From Sporichthyaceae bacterium (GTDB taxonomy: Bacteria; Actinomycetota; Actinomycetes; JACCUZ01), in NCBI GenBank assembly GCA_031365725.1, contig JANLYQ010000014.1, forward strand, positions 40,249 to 104,248: 64,000 nucleotides of DNA. Reading direction: 5' to 3'. The translations under genes and the position numbers were made by a program. Below the pieces are notes generated by a model. That model was not told where the DNA came from, did not search any database, and was given only the letters and a program-made list of their open reading frames with translations. Positions 54,962-64,000 of this stretch are shown piece by piece (position 1 is the first letter of the stretch; each line of letters opens with the position of its first letter).

Positions 54962-57734
54962 TACGCGGACGCGATGGGCCACTCTCGCCTGGCCCGGGAG
55001 CGATCGCCGCGGACGACGTGGGCGACTTGGGCAAGGCGTCACGTAGTCCGGCTCGTGTGGTGATGCCCAGCTTGGGGAAGATGCGATAAAGGTGCGCGCT
55101 GACGGTGCGGGACGAGATGAACAGGCGCTCACCGATCTGCCGATTCGTGAGCCCGGTAGCACCGAGCATGGCGATCTCGTGCTCCTGAGAAGTGAGGTCC
55201 GCCGAGGAGGTGGACGACTGCCGGGTCTGCCCGGTGGCCCGCAACTCTGAACGTGCGCGGTGGCCCCAGGGCGCAGCACCGATCCGTTCGAACACGTCCA
55301 GCGCCGACTGCAGGTGCAGCCGCGCCTCGGTGGTGTGGCGGCGACGGCGTAGGTGCTCACCGAAGGCGAGCTCGATCCGCGCGCGATCAAAGGGCCACCC
55401 CTCGCAACCGGGGGTCGACAGGGCGCGCTCGAAGGCCTGAGTTGCCGTCTCATCAGCGGCCACGATCGCTTCGGATCCCGCGCACAACAGGGCGAGACGG
55501 GAGGAGATGTCCGCCAGGCCCGCCGTGCGAGCGGCCTGAACGTGGCGCACCGCCTCGTCATGGCGTCCTGAGCGTTCGGCGGCCTCCACCAGGTCCAGCG
55601 GGACCCACAGCGCGAATGGTTCGTTGGGCGCGAAAGCGCCGGGTGGGCTGATCGAGGCGAACAGGTGAAACGCGTGCTCGAAATCCCCGCGTCCGCTGGC
55701 GCACAGCCCGGCAGCCTGGGCGACGAAGCGATCGACGACGCCGGTGCCTGGCGGCACGGACAGCTGCCGCATCCGTGCACACGCCTCGGCGCATTCCTTG
55801 TCGTTGCCTCGCCCGGCGGCCAGCAACGCGTCGGCGTGCCACGCCATCCAACCGAGCAGCGGGAAGGGTTCCTTCTCGAAGTGCGCGTGCACGCGTCGGG
55901 TCATGGCGGCTGATTCGTCCCAGCGCCCAGCCATGAAATCGCCGATCGCCAGCATCAACTGCGCGCGGACCACCGCGACACCGTCGAGCGTGCCCGCGCC
56001 CCCGCGAGCGACTCGAGTGAGTGGCCCTCGGCAGCCGTCGAGGCGATCCACCCAGATCGCAGCGACCGCTACGCGGGAGACCTCGTGGGGATCGGTCACC
56101 AGAACCAGCGAGGCGAGAAGAGAATCGAGCTGCTCACGTTGTTCGGGTGTGCTCCGAGCAGGATCCGCGACGGTCCCGGCGGAGATAGCCAGGATCGGCG
56201 AGGCGTTCCCCCACCGATCCAGTGCCTTTCGGAGACCCCGCCAGTGCCGAGGGAGGGTCCCGAAGAAGCTCACCATGAGCAGCGTGTAGTGCGCTTCGTC
56301 CAGCAGGTGCTGGCCGACGTGGTGGTCAGCTGATGCGATGGCGCCGGTCAGAAGGCGATGGGCGGTGTCGACGTCTCCTTCACTGAGAAGCACGTAAGCG
56401 GCTGCCACCGCCGCCGACAGAGAGTCGTTGACGTCGGGATCGACCCTGCGTGCTCTCTCGAGCAGGACTGAGACGTCGTCGATGGCACCCGCTGTGTCTG
56501 CTCCGACGTACGCCGCCTCGGTCAGCCTGCGTGCCTTGGCGGTCCGGTCGGGGCTCAGATCGGATGCTTGCACCAGTCCCGCCACGGCTGCCACGACATC
56601 TCCTCGTTCGAGGACGCGGTAGGCGGCAGCCTCGACCAGCAGTGCCACCTCCTCGTTCGGCTCCACGAGGGCTGCGGCCAAGTAGCGGGCACGTGCGTCG
56701 GGATGGGTCCCGGGGAGGTCGGCGAGATGCTGATGTGCAGCGCGTCGTTCGCTGCCGGTGGCCGCCTCGACCACGGCCGAGCGAATCAGGGGATGGGTGA
56801 AGGTCAATCGTCGCGTCACCGGGTCCACCCGCAGCAGTCCCGCGTCCTCGGCTGGGGCCACCTGGTCGATGGCGGCGTGCGACACCACGGGGGCGACCTC
56901 GCCCCCGCCCAGGGCCGCCATCAACACCACCGCCCGACTGGCGTCGGGGAGGGACCGTACCCGCGAGACGAACACCGTGTGGAGGCGACGACCAAGAGGG
57001 AGAAGGACAGGCAGCGCCTCGACAGACGCACGCTGGCCGGCCGTCAGCTCTAGGGGGAGCTCAAGCAGGGCGAGAGGCACCCCTTGGGACTCAGCCACCA
57101 GTCGACTGACCACGTCGTCGGCCAGAGCGGGAAAGCGGGACAGCAACAGCGCCGCGGCTTCGTCGTCGTCGAGCGGCCACAGGTCGATCGTGGCCATCTC
57201 GCCCCGTACCAGGAAGCCTTCCTCTCCGGTTCGTTGGCCCGCGAGAAACCCGATCCGGGTGCCCCCGAGTCGTCGAGCGACGAATCCGAGGACGAAGGCG
57301 CTGGCCCGGTCCACCCACGGCAGGTCGTCGACCACGACGAGGACAGGTTGCGTCCGGGCATGCTGTCTTAGCAGCGCCAAGACGGCGTTCGCCACGACCA
57401 GCCGATCAGGAGTGGGGCCACTTTCGATACCTAGTGCCACTGTGAGCGCACTGCTGTGCAGGGCAGAGAGAAGCTCGAGGCCCTTCGTGTCAGCAGCCAG
57501 CAGCTGGTTGAGCACGGCGTGGCTGACTGCCCTCTCGGACTCGAACCCGTCCGCACGCAAGACGAGTGCTCCCGCGCTCGACGCCAGGCTCGACGCCGCG
57601 TCGATCAACGCCGACTTGCCGATACCGGGATCGCCCACGACGAGAAGAGCGCCGCCATCCACGGCCGCGTGCGCGATGAACGCTTGGATGCGTGCAGAGG
57701 CTTGGTCACGGCCCACGAGCCGTGGCGTGCTCAC
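54918..57734 (-). CDS. Large ATP-binding LuxR-family (LAL) regulator
   Basis: LVGRD, Walker A GDPGIGKS, VDDLPWVD, FTHPLIRSA, C-terminal HTH LTSQEHEIA..GLTNRQIGERLFISSRTVSAHLYRIFPKLGI. Confidence 0.92.
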   Translation of the reverse strand: MSTPRLVGRDQASARIQAFIAHAAVDGGALLVVGDPGIGKSALIDAASSLASSAGALVLRADGFESERAVSHAVLNQLLAADTKGLELLSALHSSALTVALGIESGPTPDRLVVANAVLALLRQHARTQPVLVVVDDLPWVDRASAFVLGFVARRLGGTRIGFLAGQRTGEEGFLVRGEMATIDLWPLDDDEAAALLLSRFPALADDVVSRLVAESQGVPLALLELPLELTAGQRASVEALPVLLPLGRRLHTVFVSRVRSLPDASRAVVLMAALGGGEVAPVVSHAAIDQVAPAEDAGLLRVDPVTRRLTFTHPLIRSAVVEAATGSERRAAHQHLADLPGTHPDARARYLAAALVEPNEEVALLVEAAAYRVLERGDVVAAVAGLVQASDLSPDRTAKARRLTEAAYVGADTAGAIDDVSVLLERARRVDPDVNDSLSAAVAAAYVLLSEGDVDTAHRLLTGAIASADHHVGQHLLDEAHYTLLMVSFFGTLPRHWRGLRKALDRWGNASPILAISAGTVADPARSTPEQREQLDSLLASLVLVTDPHEVSRVAVAAIWVDRLDGCRGPLTRVARGGAGTLDGVAVVRAQLMLAIGDFMAGRWDESAAMTRRVHAHFEKEPFPLLGWMAWHADALLAAGRGNDKECAEACARMRQLSVPPGTGVVDRFVAQAAGLCASGRGDFEHAFHLFASISPPGAFAPNEPFALWVPLDLVEAAERSGRHDEAVRHVQAARTAGLADISSRLALLCAGSEAIVAADETATQAFERALSTPGCEGWPFDRARIELAFGEHLRRRRHTTEARLHLQSALDVFERIGAAPWGHRARSELRATGQTRQSSTSSADLTSQEHEIAMLGATGLTNRQIGERLFISSRTVSAHLYRIFPKLGITTRAGLRDALPKSPTSSAAIAPGPGESGPSRPRTTSAHPVSLDPRRP

Positions 57735-58696
57735 GGTGTCCCCGCAGTTGTCCCAATGACCTGGACCTGTGGTGGCGGCGGGGGCAACTGCGGGCGACGC
57801 AACCGCAGGTAGGCCCGGTCGCCGAGAGTCACCGTCGCGACCCCGACGATCACCACCAGGCCTCCGAACAGCTCGGCCCAGACCGGCCGCTCCCCCAACC
57901 AGACGTAAGCGATGACGATGGCGACCGCCGGCACCAGGTACAGCAGTGAGGTGGACGTGGCCACGGGCAGTCGCGCCACGGTGTAGCCCCACATCACGAA
58001 GCCGAGCGCGGACGGCACCAGCCCGAGATAAACCGCCGCCCACCACGCATTCCCGCTCGTGGAGACGATGTCTCCCCACGCGAAGCCCAGGAACGGGATG
58101 GTCAGGACTACACCGACGACCATGCTGTACGTCGCCACCTCAACACCGGTGTACCTGCGCAACAGGGGCTTGGTCAACGGGTGGTAGATGCCCTGCACGA
58201 CCGCAGCGGCGATGACGATCCAGATCGAGGACGTGACCGACACGTCGGACCGGGAAACCGACACCAGTGCGACGCCGCCCATCGCGACGACACTGCCCAC
58301 GGCCTTCAGCACTGTCAGCCGCTCACCGAACGCACCCGCCGCAATGGCAACACTCACCAGCGGCGCCGCCGCGACGATGATGCTCGCGGTCCCAGCAGGC
58401 ACCCGCAGCTCCCCCCAGTTCAGCAACACTTGGTAAGCGGCCATGCCGAAGAATCCGCACGCGGCCACGAGCGGAAGATCGCGTAGCGCCGGCAGGCGAA
58501 GCCCCAGAACAGGCGCGAGCGCGAGCAGTGCAATGGCCGCCACGACAAGGCGTACGAGCGAGAGCCCGACGACGCCGAGCTCAGGAGCGGCTACGCGAAT
58601 GGCCGCGAACGCGCTGGCCCATGACACCACCACGACCCCACCCGCAACGACGGTCAGGACGTGCGTCGACGGCCGAGTCGACGCAGGGGAGTTCAC
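57731..58696 (-). CDS. DMT/EamA family transporter
   Basis: WASAFAAIR, GELRVPAGTASII..PL, GERL, YLVPAVA..LGE; GTGA overlap with LAL start. Confidence 0.9.
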   Translation of the reverse strand: MNSPASTRPSTHVLTVVAGGVVVVSWASAFAAIRVAAPELGVVGLSLVRLVVAAIALLALAPVLGLRLPALRDLPLVAACGFFGMAAYQVLLNWGELRVPAGTASIIVAAAPLVSVAIAAGAFGERLTVLKAVGSVVAMGGVALVSVSRSDVSVTSSIWIVIAAAVVQGIYHPLTKPLLRRYTGVEVATYSMVVGVVLTIPFLGFAWGDIVSTSGNAWWAAVYLGLVPSALGFVMWGYTVARLPVATSTSLLYLVPAVAIVIAYVWLGERPVWAELFGGLVVIVGVATVTLGDRAYLRLRRPQLPPPPPQVQVIGTTAGTP

Positions 58697-58798
58697 ACCT
58701 CAGCGTGCGCCCCACACCCCAAAAACACCAGACGCTGCCAAATAAGACGGAACGCGCGTACGGGAAAAAGCTTCACAGACGGGCACTCCGCGTTCGTG

Positions 58799-58815
58799 CA
58801 GTCACCTGACTGATG
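58799..58815. promoter_or_regulatory. Palindromic candidate LAL-regulator site
   Basis: CAGTCA-CC-TGACTG; a 12/16-matching copy (CGACATCTCACTGATG) lies at 54474-54489 upstream of the SnoaL gene. Confidence 0.5.
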
Positions 58816-58890
58816 CCCGGACTCCGCGCCGGCGACATCGTGGTCGAGATGGCGGCGCTGAGCCGTCGCAACTGTGACAGGAAGGCCGAC

Positions 58891-59892
58891 ATGAGCCCCC
58901 GCGGACAGATGCGCGCGTCGGTACTCCACGCCTACGGCGAGGCGGTTCGGGTGTCACATGTGCCACTCCCGGTGCTCCCACCTGGTCACGTGCTCGTGCG
59001 GATCCAGGCCAGCGGGGTCAACCCGCTCGACACGAAAATCCTCGTTGACGCCGCCACTCACACCCGCACCACCTTGCCCGCGATTCTCGGCATCGACCTC
59101 GCCGGCACCGTCGAGGCCGTCGCCGCCGATGTCACCCGCTTCAACCCCGGAGACGAGGTCTTTGGAATGACCGGTGGGGTCGGCGGAGTGCAAGGCTCAC
59201 TGGCGCAGTACGCCGCGGTGGATGCTCGGCTGATCGCACTCAAGCCCACGAGCTGGACCTTCAAGGAGGCTGCGGCCGTTCCCCTGGGCGCCGTGACCGC
59301 TTGGGAGGGACTGGTCGACCGGTCACATCTCGGCTCGGGACACACGGTGCTGATCCAGGGCGGCGCAGGTGGGGTCGGCCACATCGCCGTCCAACTCGCT
59401 GTCGCACGTGGAGCCACGGTCTTCGCCACGGGCACTGCGGCTGACGCCGCATTCATTGGTGAGCTTGGCGCAACGGCCATCGACTTCACCACCAGGACCC
59501 CTGAGCAGTACATGACCGAGTACACCGCTGGCGACGGCTTCGACATCGTCTTTGACACGGTGGGGGGAACCACTCTGGACGCCTCATTCGCATCGGTGCG
59601 TCGCTACACCGGTCACGTCGTAAGCATCCTGGGCTGGGGAACCCACAGCCTCGCGCCGCTCTCGTTCCGTGGAGCCACCTACTCCGGAGTCTTCTCGCTG
59701 CTCCCTCTCCTGACAGGAGAACACCGCGACCACCACGGCACCATCCTGCGGGAGACGGCCCTCCTCGCGGACGCCGGAAAGCTGACGCCGAAGGTCGATG
59801 TCAGAAGGTTCACCTTGGACACGGTTCCCGAAGCCCACCGCACGCTTTCGACCGGCGGCAACACCGGAAAGCTCGTGATCGACATCGCATGA
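58891..59892 (+). CDS. MDR family NADPH:quinone oxidoreductase-like protein
   Basis: ASGVNPLD, LGIDLAG, GSLAQY, QGGAGGVGH, DTVGG, TGKLV. Confidence 0.9.
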   Translation: MSPRGQMRASVLHAYGEAVRVSHVPLPVLPPGHVLVRIQASGVNPLDTKILVDAATHTRTTLPAILGIDLAGTVEAVAADVTRFNPGDEVFGMTGGVGGVQGSLAQYAAVDARLIALKPTSWTFKEAAAVPLGAVTAWEGLVDRSHLGSGHTVLIQGGAGGVGHIAVQLAVARGATVFATGTAADAAFIGELGATAIDFTTRTPEQYMTEYTAGDGFDIVFDTVGGTTLDASFASVRRYTGHVVSILGWGTHSLAPLSFRGATYSGVFSLLPLLTGEHRDHHGTILRETALLADAGKLTPKVDVRRFTLDTVPEAHRTLSTGGNTGKLVIDIA

Positions 59893-59937
59893 GCTGGCCG
59901 CACTGCGCCCGCGCCACATCGACTTCCCGGACCGGTT

Positions 59938-60307
59938 TCAGGGCCTCAGGTCGCGGGGTGCCGCGCGCCGGAATCCGTCAGTTGATCATTGCCGCCGCCT
60001 CTGTCCAGTCGACGGCGGCCTCGCCGACCTCGTCCAGATACATGCCCAGCCAGCTCGAGAATGCCCCGCTGGCGGATGTCGGTGGCCGGAAGAATCGCCT
60101 GGGTTCTGCGTTGACGAGTTCATCCTGCGCTCCGGGAGGGGCCGGGCACCAGATAGACACTCGGCCGTCGCCTCGGTGGTTGTCGTGGTAGTAGCAGACG
60201 GGTCGCTTGCGTACGAAGAAGCCGATAGCGCCGTGGGTGACCTGTTCGGTCACTTCGGGCAGCGCGAGCGCGATCCGGCGCACCCCAGCGAGCTCCTGCG
60301 ACCCCAC
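59938..60307 (-). pseudogene. MmcQ/YjbR family DNA-binding protein with 3' frameshift
   Basis: VRRIALALPEVTE..HG..FFV..DNHRGDGR..WCPAPPGAQ..RFFRPP..WLG..LD..DW; stops at 59978, while DGFRRAAPRDL continues in a shifted frame to 59938. Confidence 0.65.
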
Positions 60308-60533
60308 GGCTGCAGTGTCTCGCACCCTGCGTGGGCTCACCATCGACGACTGCCTGAAGGCCCTGTCCGGTAGCACGAGCCTACTGTCGACGCCGCGAGA
60401 AAACTGACCCGTAGGCACCGAGGGAACAGGGATCCCTCGGTGACCCTGAGGGGGTGGACGTGAAGGCCGTATCGGGGGAAGGGTGAGAGTCGCCCGGCGC
60501 CGGTCCGCGCCGATGAACAGGAAGGCAACGTCC

Positions 60534-60851
60534 ATGCCTAGATATCTGGTTCTGTACAGGTCGACGATGTCGGCGGGGGAGCAGATGGCCGCGGCCACCC
60601 CCGAGGCGATGCAGGCAAGCATGGAGGCTTGGATGGCGTGGGGCGCCAAAGCTGGCGACGCGCTGGTCGACTTCGGCTCCCCGACCCAGCCGGTCAGTGA
60701 TGGCGACCCAGGCCCGGCCGGCGGGGTCGGCGGGTACTCGTTCCTGCAGGCCGACGACGCGGCTGCCCTGGACGCTGTCCTGGAGGGCCACCCACACAGG
60801 GCGATGGGCACGATCGAGGTCCTCGAGGTCCTCCCGAGACCGGGAATGTAG
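60534..60851 (+). CDS. YciI-like ferredoxin-fold protein
   Basis: MPRYLVLY..AWMAW..LVDFGSP..GGYSFLQA..LEGHPH..IEVLE. Confidence 0.75.
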   Translation: MPRYLVLYRSTMSAGEQMAAATPEAMQASMEAWMAWGAKAGDALVDFGSPTQPVSDGDPGPAGGVGGYSFLQADDAAALDAVLEGHPHRAMGTIEVLEVLPRPGM

Positions 60852-60894
60852 GACGCGCACGAGGCGCGGCACGACATCGCCAGCCGTGCCGGTC

Positions 60895-61590
60895 TCAGCC
60901 GAAGGAGGTGCTGGGCAGGTCGCGCTCGTCGTCGAGCAGGGCCGCGATCACGCGTGCTGCCACGGTGTCGGGGTCGAGGCCGGGGGGCAGCCGGGGTGCG
61001 GTACCGGCGAGTGGACGATCGACCAGACCGGTCTCGGTGTGCGGAGGCCGGGCGTCGACCAGGCGGATCCCGGCTCGGCGCAGCTCACGGCTGGCGGCGG
61101 CGTCGTACGCGGTCAGCGCAGCCTTCGATGCGGAGTACTCGGCCATACCGGCGGTGGGGTGCTCGGCGACAACCGCGCTGAGGTGGATGACGAAGGGCGA
61201 TCGGCCGTCGCGGGCCGACGCGGCCAGGTGCGGAAGGGCGGCCCGCAGCAGCCGGACGGGCGCCAAGGCATTGATCAGGAACAGGTCAACGAGCGCCTCG
61301 TCGGGCAAGTCGCCCACCGGACCGAACGCGACGGCACCGGAGGCGACGACCAGACCATCGAGGCGACCGTAAGCCGTGGCGGCCGCCGCTGCTGCCCGGA
61401 CCGCCGTTTCAGGCTCGCGCAGGTCACCCGTCACCAGCGTTGCCTCGAGGTCGAGCGCCTCCAGCCGGCTCCTATCGCGGCCCAGAAGGGTGAGCTGCGC
61501 ACCCTCCAGCGCCAGGCGGCGGCTGATCGGGGCACCGAGACCACCGCTTGCACCGGACACCAGCACCGAGAGGCCACGCACGGATGTCAT
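60895..61590 (-). CDS. Short-chain dehydrogenase/reductase
   Basis: SGASGGLG, YSASK. Confidence 0.88.
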   Translation of the reverse strand: MTSVRGLSVLVSGASGGLGAPISRRLALEGAQLTLLGRDRSRLEALDLEATLVTGDLREPETAVRAAAAAATAYGRLDGLVVASGAVAFGPVGDLPDEALVDLFLINALAPVRLLRAALPHLAASARDGRSPFVIHLSAVVAEHPTAGMAEYSASKAALTAYDAAASRELRRAGIRLVDARPPHTETGLVDRPLAGTAPRLPPGLDPDTVAARVIAALLDDERDLPSTSFG

Positions 61591-61636
61591 GGGGAGACTG
61601 TGCCAGCCTCAGGCCCGGTGCGATTGACTGGGTCAG

Positions 61637-63112
61637 GTGACCACGCGCTGGCTGTTCGGTGACCAGCTGGGCCCGCACTTCCTGGACGCGGCGGATCAGC
61701 CCGTGCTGATGGTGGAGTCGCGGGGGGTCTTTGCCCGCCGCAGGTTCCACCGGGCGAAGGCGCAGCTGGTGCTGTCCGCCATGCGCCATCGGGCAGCCGA
61801 GCTGGGCGACCAGTGCACGTATGTGCGCGCCGACAACTATGCGGAAGCACTCGACGACTTCGATGAGCCGCTGAGCGTGTGCAACCCGACCTCGCACGCG
61901 GCCCTGCGGTTCGTCCATGACCGCGGCCACATCGAGGTGGTGCCGACGCGTGGCTTTGCCACCTCCACCGACGACTTCGACCGGTGGGTGCGCTCTCGGG
62001 GCCGGCGACGACTGCTGATGGAGGACTTCTATCGCGACACTCGTCGTCGGCTCGGGGTACTGATGGACGGCGACGAACCCGCTGGCGGACGGTGGAACTA
62101 CGACGCTGACAACCGGGAACCGCCACCTCGTACAGCGTCGCTCGGGGTTCCTGAGCCCGAATGGCCGACGGAGGACGAGATCGACGCGGAGGTCCGTCAC
62201 GACCTGGACCGCTGGGAGCGGGAAGGACACGTCACGTTTCTGGGTACGGACGGCCCACGGCGCTTCGCTGGCACTCGCGACGAGGCGCTGGCCGGTGTGG
62301 ACCACTTCATCACTCACCGGCTACCCGGATTCGGGCCGCACGAAGACGCGATGCTGTCCGCCGATCCGTGGATGGCGCACTCATTGCTGTCTGCACCTCT
62401 GAACCTCGGCCTGCTCCACCCGATCGAGGTGATCGAACGGGCGGAGGACGCCTACCGGACGGGGCATGCGCCGCTGGGGTCGGTGGAGGGGTTCATCCGG
62501 CAGGTCATCGGTTGGCGCGAGTTCGTCTGGCACCTGTACTGGCATCTTCCGAGGTCTTACCGTGCACTGAACACGTTGCAGGCGACGAAACCGCTGCCGG
62601 ACTGGTTCGCCGATCTTGACGCGGAATCGGTCGACGCGGCCTGCCTGTCCGACGCCCTGGCTGGGGTGCGTGACCGTGGCTGGGTGCACCACATCCCGCG
62701 GCTCATGGTGCTCGGAAACTACGCGCTGCAGCGCGGGTGGGATCCTGCGGAGGTGACGGACTGGTTCCACCGGGCATTCGTCGACGGCTACGACTGGGTG
62801 ATGGTGCCGAACGTGGTCGGTATGTCGCAGTATGCCGACGGTGGTGTGATGGCCACCAAGCCCTACGCCGCCGGGGGCGCCTACATCAACCGGATGAGCG
62901 ACCACTGCTCTGGCTGCAGGTACGACCCCAAGAAGCGAGTCGGGCGGGACGCTTGTCCGTTCACCGCCGGGTACTGGGCGTTCCTGCACCGCAACCGGGA
63001 AGCTCTGGCCACGAACCCGCGCATGGGACAAGCCCTCAGCGGCTTGAAACGACTCAGCGACCTCGAGGCCGTGATCGAGCAAGAAGCCGACCGCGGGCAG
63101 TCGGCCCCGTAG
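61637..63112 (+). CDS. Fe-S bacterial cryptochrome/photolyase (PhrB/CryB-type)
   Basis: LFGDQL, SAMRH, MEDFYR, GGRWNYDADNR, EGFIRQVIGWREF, HHIPRLM, four Cys (AACL, HCSGC, ACPF). Confidence 0.92.
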   Translation: MTTRWLFGDQLGPHFLDAADQPVLMVESRGVFARRRFHRAKAQLVLSAMRHRAAELGDQCTYVRADNYAEALDDFDEPLSVCNPTSHAALRFVHDRGHIEVVPTRGFATSTDDFDRWVRSRGRRRLLMEDFYRDTRRRLGVLMDGDEPAGGRWNYDADNREPPPRTASLGVPEPEWPTEDEIDAEVRHDLDRWEREGHVTFLGTDGPRRFAGTRDEALAGVDHFITHRLPGFGPHEDAMLSADPWMAHSLLSAPLNLGLLHPIEVIERAEDAYRTGHAPLGSVEGFIRQVIGWREFVWHLYWHLPRSYRALNTLQATKPLPDWFADLDAESVDAACLSDALAGVRDRGWVHHIPRLMVLGNYALQRGWDPAEVTDWFHRAFVDGYDWVMVPNVVGMSQYADGGVMATKPYAAGGAYINRMSDHCSGCRYDPKKRVGRDACPFTAGYWAFLHRNREALATNPRMGQALSGLKRLSDLEAVIEQEADRGQSAP

Positions 63113-63237
63113 CGCGAGGGTCGCGCGCGTCACCTGCCCGGTCAGGTGATGACTTTCGACCCTGACCCCTGCTCGCGACCGGCGCTAGCGTGGCGAGTCA
63201 CACCACGACCCCCGGTGCCGACAACAGGAGGCAGACC

Positions 63238-63726
63238 ATGGGCATCGCTGACGACGTCACGTCGTCCATCCGTCACGACACGGTCGACGACCCCGCTCCC
63301 ACGAGAGCGGCGCTCGACCATCGTGGCCTGCGTGCGCTCGGGCTCGACGAGTGCCTCGAGCGGCTGCGGGCGACTCCGGTGGGCCGCGTGGCCTTCGTGA
63401 GCGACGGCGAGCCTGTCCTCTTCCCGGTCAACCACGGGGTCGACGGGGTGGACGTGGTCTTCCGTACCTCGTGGGGCTCCAAGCTGCAGGTGGCCGAGAT
63501 GTCGGGCGTCGTCGCCTACGAGGTCGACGGATTCGACAGCCCGAGCGAGAGCGGGTGGAGTGTTGTCGTGAAGGGCACCGCCCAGCTGGTGTACGAGAGC
63601 ATCGACACCGACCGCTACGACCAGCTCGGGCTGAGGTCGTGGCCGGACCTCGAGGGCCACGGCTTCTGGGTGCGGATCCGGCCGGTCGAGATAACGGGCC
63701 GAGAGATCATCCCGCCGACGGTGTGA
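63238..63726 (+). CDS. Pyridoxamine 5'-phosphate oxidase-like (split-barrel flavin-binding) protein
   Basis: ECLERL..VGRVAF..FPVNH..VFRT..GSKL..AYEVD..GWSVVVKG..ITGR; AGGAGG RBS. Confidence 0.88.
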   Translation: MGIADDVTSSIRHDTVDDPAPTRAALDHRGLRALGLDECLERLRATPVGRVAFVSDGEPVLFPVNHGVDGVDVVFRTSWGSKLQVAEMSGVVAYEVDGFDSPSESGWSVVVKGTAQLVYESIDTDRYDQLGLRSWPDLEGHGFWVRIRPVEITGREIIPPTV

Positions 63727-63754
63727 CGACCAGGATCCGGGACCAGGGACACAG

Positions 63755-64000
63755 TCATCGTCCCGTCGCTGGCGGCCGGAGCCTGAGGTTCTGCATGCCG
63801 CCGTCGACAGCGAGGTCGGCGCCGGTGGTCGATCCTGAGGACGGGCTGGCGAGGTAGGCCACGGCCGTCGCGACCTCGGCGGGACTGACGAGGCGACCGT
63901 GGGGCTGCCGAGCGTTGAGGGCGGCCCGCTCCGCCGCCGGGTCATCGGCCCGGGACAGCAGCCGGTCGATCCAGGGCGTGTCTGCCGTCCCCGGGTTCAC
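63755..64000 (-). CDS. SDR oxidoreductase, 3' part (gene starts beyond window)
   Basis: VNPGTADTP, RQPHGRL..EVA..YLASP..TTG..VDGG. Confidence 0.85.
   Translation of the reverse strand: MNPGTADTPWIDRLLSRADDPAAERAALNARQPHGRLVSPAEVATAVAYLASPSSGSTTGADLAVDGGMQNLRLRPPATGR

Noticed and set aside
60416-60442. Hairpin CACCGAGGGA..TCCCTCGGTG as an ncRNA or riboswitch
   Set aside because: Single short stem with no recognisable riboswitch consensus

Overview
High-GC actinobacterial chromosomal segment. Positions ~4.4-46.2 kb follow a gene order widely conserved in Actinomycetes: moeZ, ATL/MGMT, M16 peptidase pair, adnA-adnB, nudC, mycoredoxin, uvrD2, whiB7, ABC1 kinase, ThiF-like protein, zinc hydrolase, PDZ-Lon, UPF0182, tRNA-fMet. 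Accessory inserts interrupt this order at ~15.4-19.8, 26.5-29.9 and 32.5-38.1 kb. The left edge is a cell-envelope glycosylation cluster. Downstream of tRNA-fMet (46.2-64 kb) is a mosaic, partly decayed island: cNMP-MFS transporter, TetR/homocysteine S-methyltransferase pair, damaged Phd-VapC toxin-antitoxin, IS256 relic, LAL-type LuxR regulator locus and an Fe-S photolyase. Most notable: (i) an orphan type VII secretion-like pair (small helical YxxxE protein plus WxG-DUF1023 serine hydrolase); (ii) a complete whiB7 promoter/uORF/antiterminator/terminator attenuator; (iii) matching PafBC-like leaderless promoters at adnA and uvrD2; (iv) a helically phased DnaA-box-like array; (v) a tandemly amplified REP-like palindrome; (vi) candidate operators for the TetR and LAL regulators; (vii) many single-lesion pseudogenes. 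Family assignments come from recognising motifs by eye; no database searches were run.
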